Origin: Octopus sinensis
Taxonomy: Eukaryota
Length of the DNA stretch: 64,000 nt
Reading direction: 5' to 3'
Assembly (NCBI RefSeq): GCF_006345805.1
Contig: NC_043003.1
Span: 101,928,001 to 101,992,000, forward strand
Shown here in pieces: positions 63,699 to 64,000 of the stretch. The position numbers and the translations under genes were made by a program. The notes under the pieces are model-generated. The model saw only the letters and a list, made by a program, of their open reading frames with translations. It made no database searches and was not told the origin of the DNA. The first letter of the stretch is position 1. Every line of letters starts with the position of its first letter.

Positions 63699-63743
63699 TG
63701 AACTAGTACTTTCATGCATTAAATTCTGCAATCTTCGGGTTCA
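63699..63743 (-). ncRNA. Minimal hammerhead-like motif (mirror copy)
   Basis: Exact reverse complement of 63821-63865. Confidence 0.6.
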
Positions 63744-63820
63744 TGTAGGAGTGGTGACAGTCATGCTTCATAATTTTTGACTGTCAAAAATTATGAAGCA
63801 TGACTGTCACCACTCCTACA

Positions 63821-63865
63821 TGAACCCGAAGATTGCAGAATTTAATGCATGAAAGTACTAGTTCA
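63821..63865 (+). ncRNA. Minimal hammerhead-like motif (U4C variant)
   Basis: TGAAC-CCGAAGA-T TGCA GAATTTAA TGCA T-GAAA-GTAC-TA|GTTCA. Stem I is a perfect 5 bp, stem III is the palindrome AGTACT and the triplet is CUA. Confidence 0.62.
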
Positions 63866-64000
63866 ATCAGAATGAACATTTAACATTCTATTATTTTATT
63901 TTATTTTATTATATTATATTATCTTATAATATATCATTATAAGATTGTAAATAAAACGTGAAAATCAGACAAGGTTGGAACTCCTTTTATTAATATATTC

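Larger units (their letters stand above)
63566..64000. mobile_element. Fold-back PLE pLTR palindrome (216-nt arms, 1-nt centre at 63782)
   Basis: 3 mismatches between the arms. Terminal sequence is shared with the GIY-YIG element at 13061-14250. The right arm runs to the window end. Confidence 0.9.

Overview
This is AT-rich, repeat-saturated eukaryotic DNA. Its SINE families, (AT)n/(CA)n/(CAT)n microsatellites and LINE content point to a coleoid cephalopod, very probably Octopus (inference, no database search). I can support only one host gene: an intronless, intact Churchill (CHURC1) zinc-binding protein ORF at 38691-39029. The rest is mobile DNA. It includes a 5'-truncated CR1/L2-group LINE with an uninterrupted endonuclease-RT ORF2 (58446-61860), several RTE LINE relics, a decayed Tx1/L1-type LINE, R4- and Hero-like relics, and Penelope-like elements (PLEs). 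It also includes mariner, Tigger/pogo and Chapaev3-like DNA transposons, MITEs and at least four SINE-like families. Most 'IYIYIY'/'HTHT' ORFs in the track are microsatellite artefacts. The most notable observations are as follows. (1) Two near-perfect fold-back palindromes (33509-33887 and 63566-63998), each arm carrying a minimal hammerhead ribozyme motif. They belong to a recurring set of asymmetric inverted PLE-type insertions that end in (AT)n. (2) An in-phase U UUU UUA -1 slippery site placed where the AUG-less ORF2 frame of the intact LINE opens. (3) A PHD-like C4HC3 zinc finger inserted inside the RT domain of an RTE family. (4) An RTE relic with twin-priming-type inversion geometry. 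Boundaries of degraded repeats are approximate.
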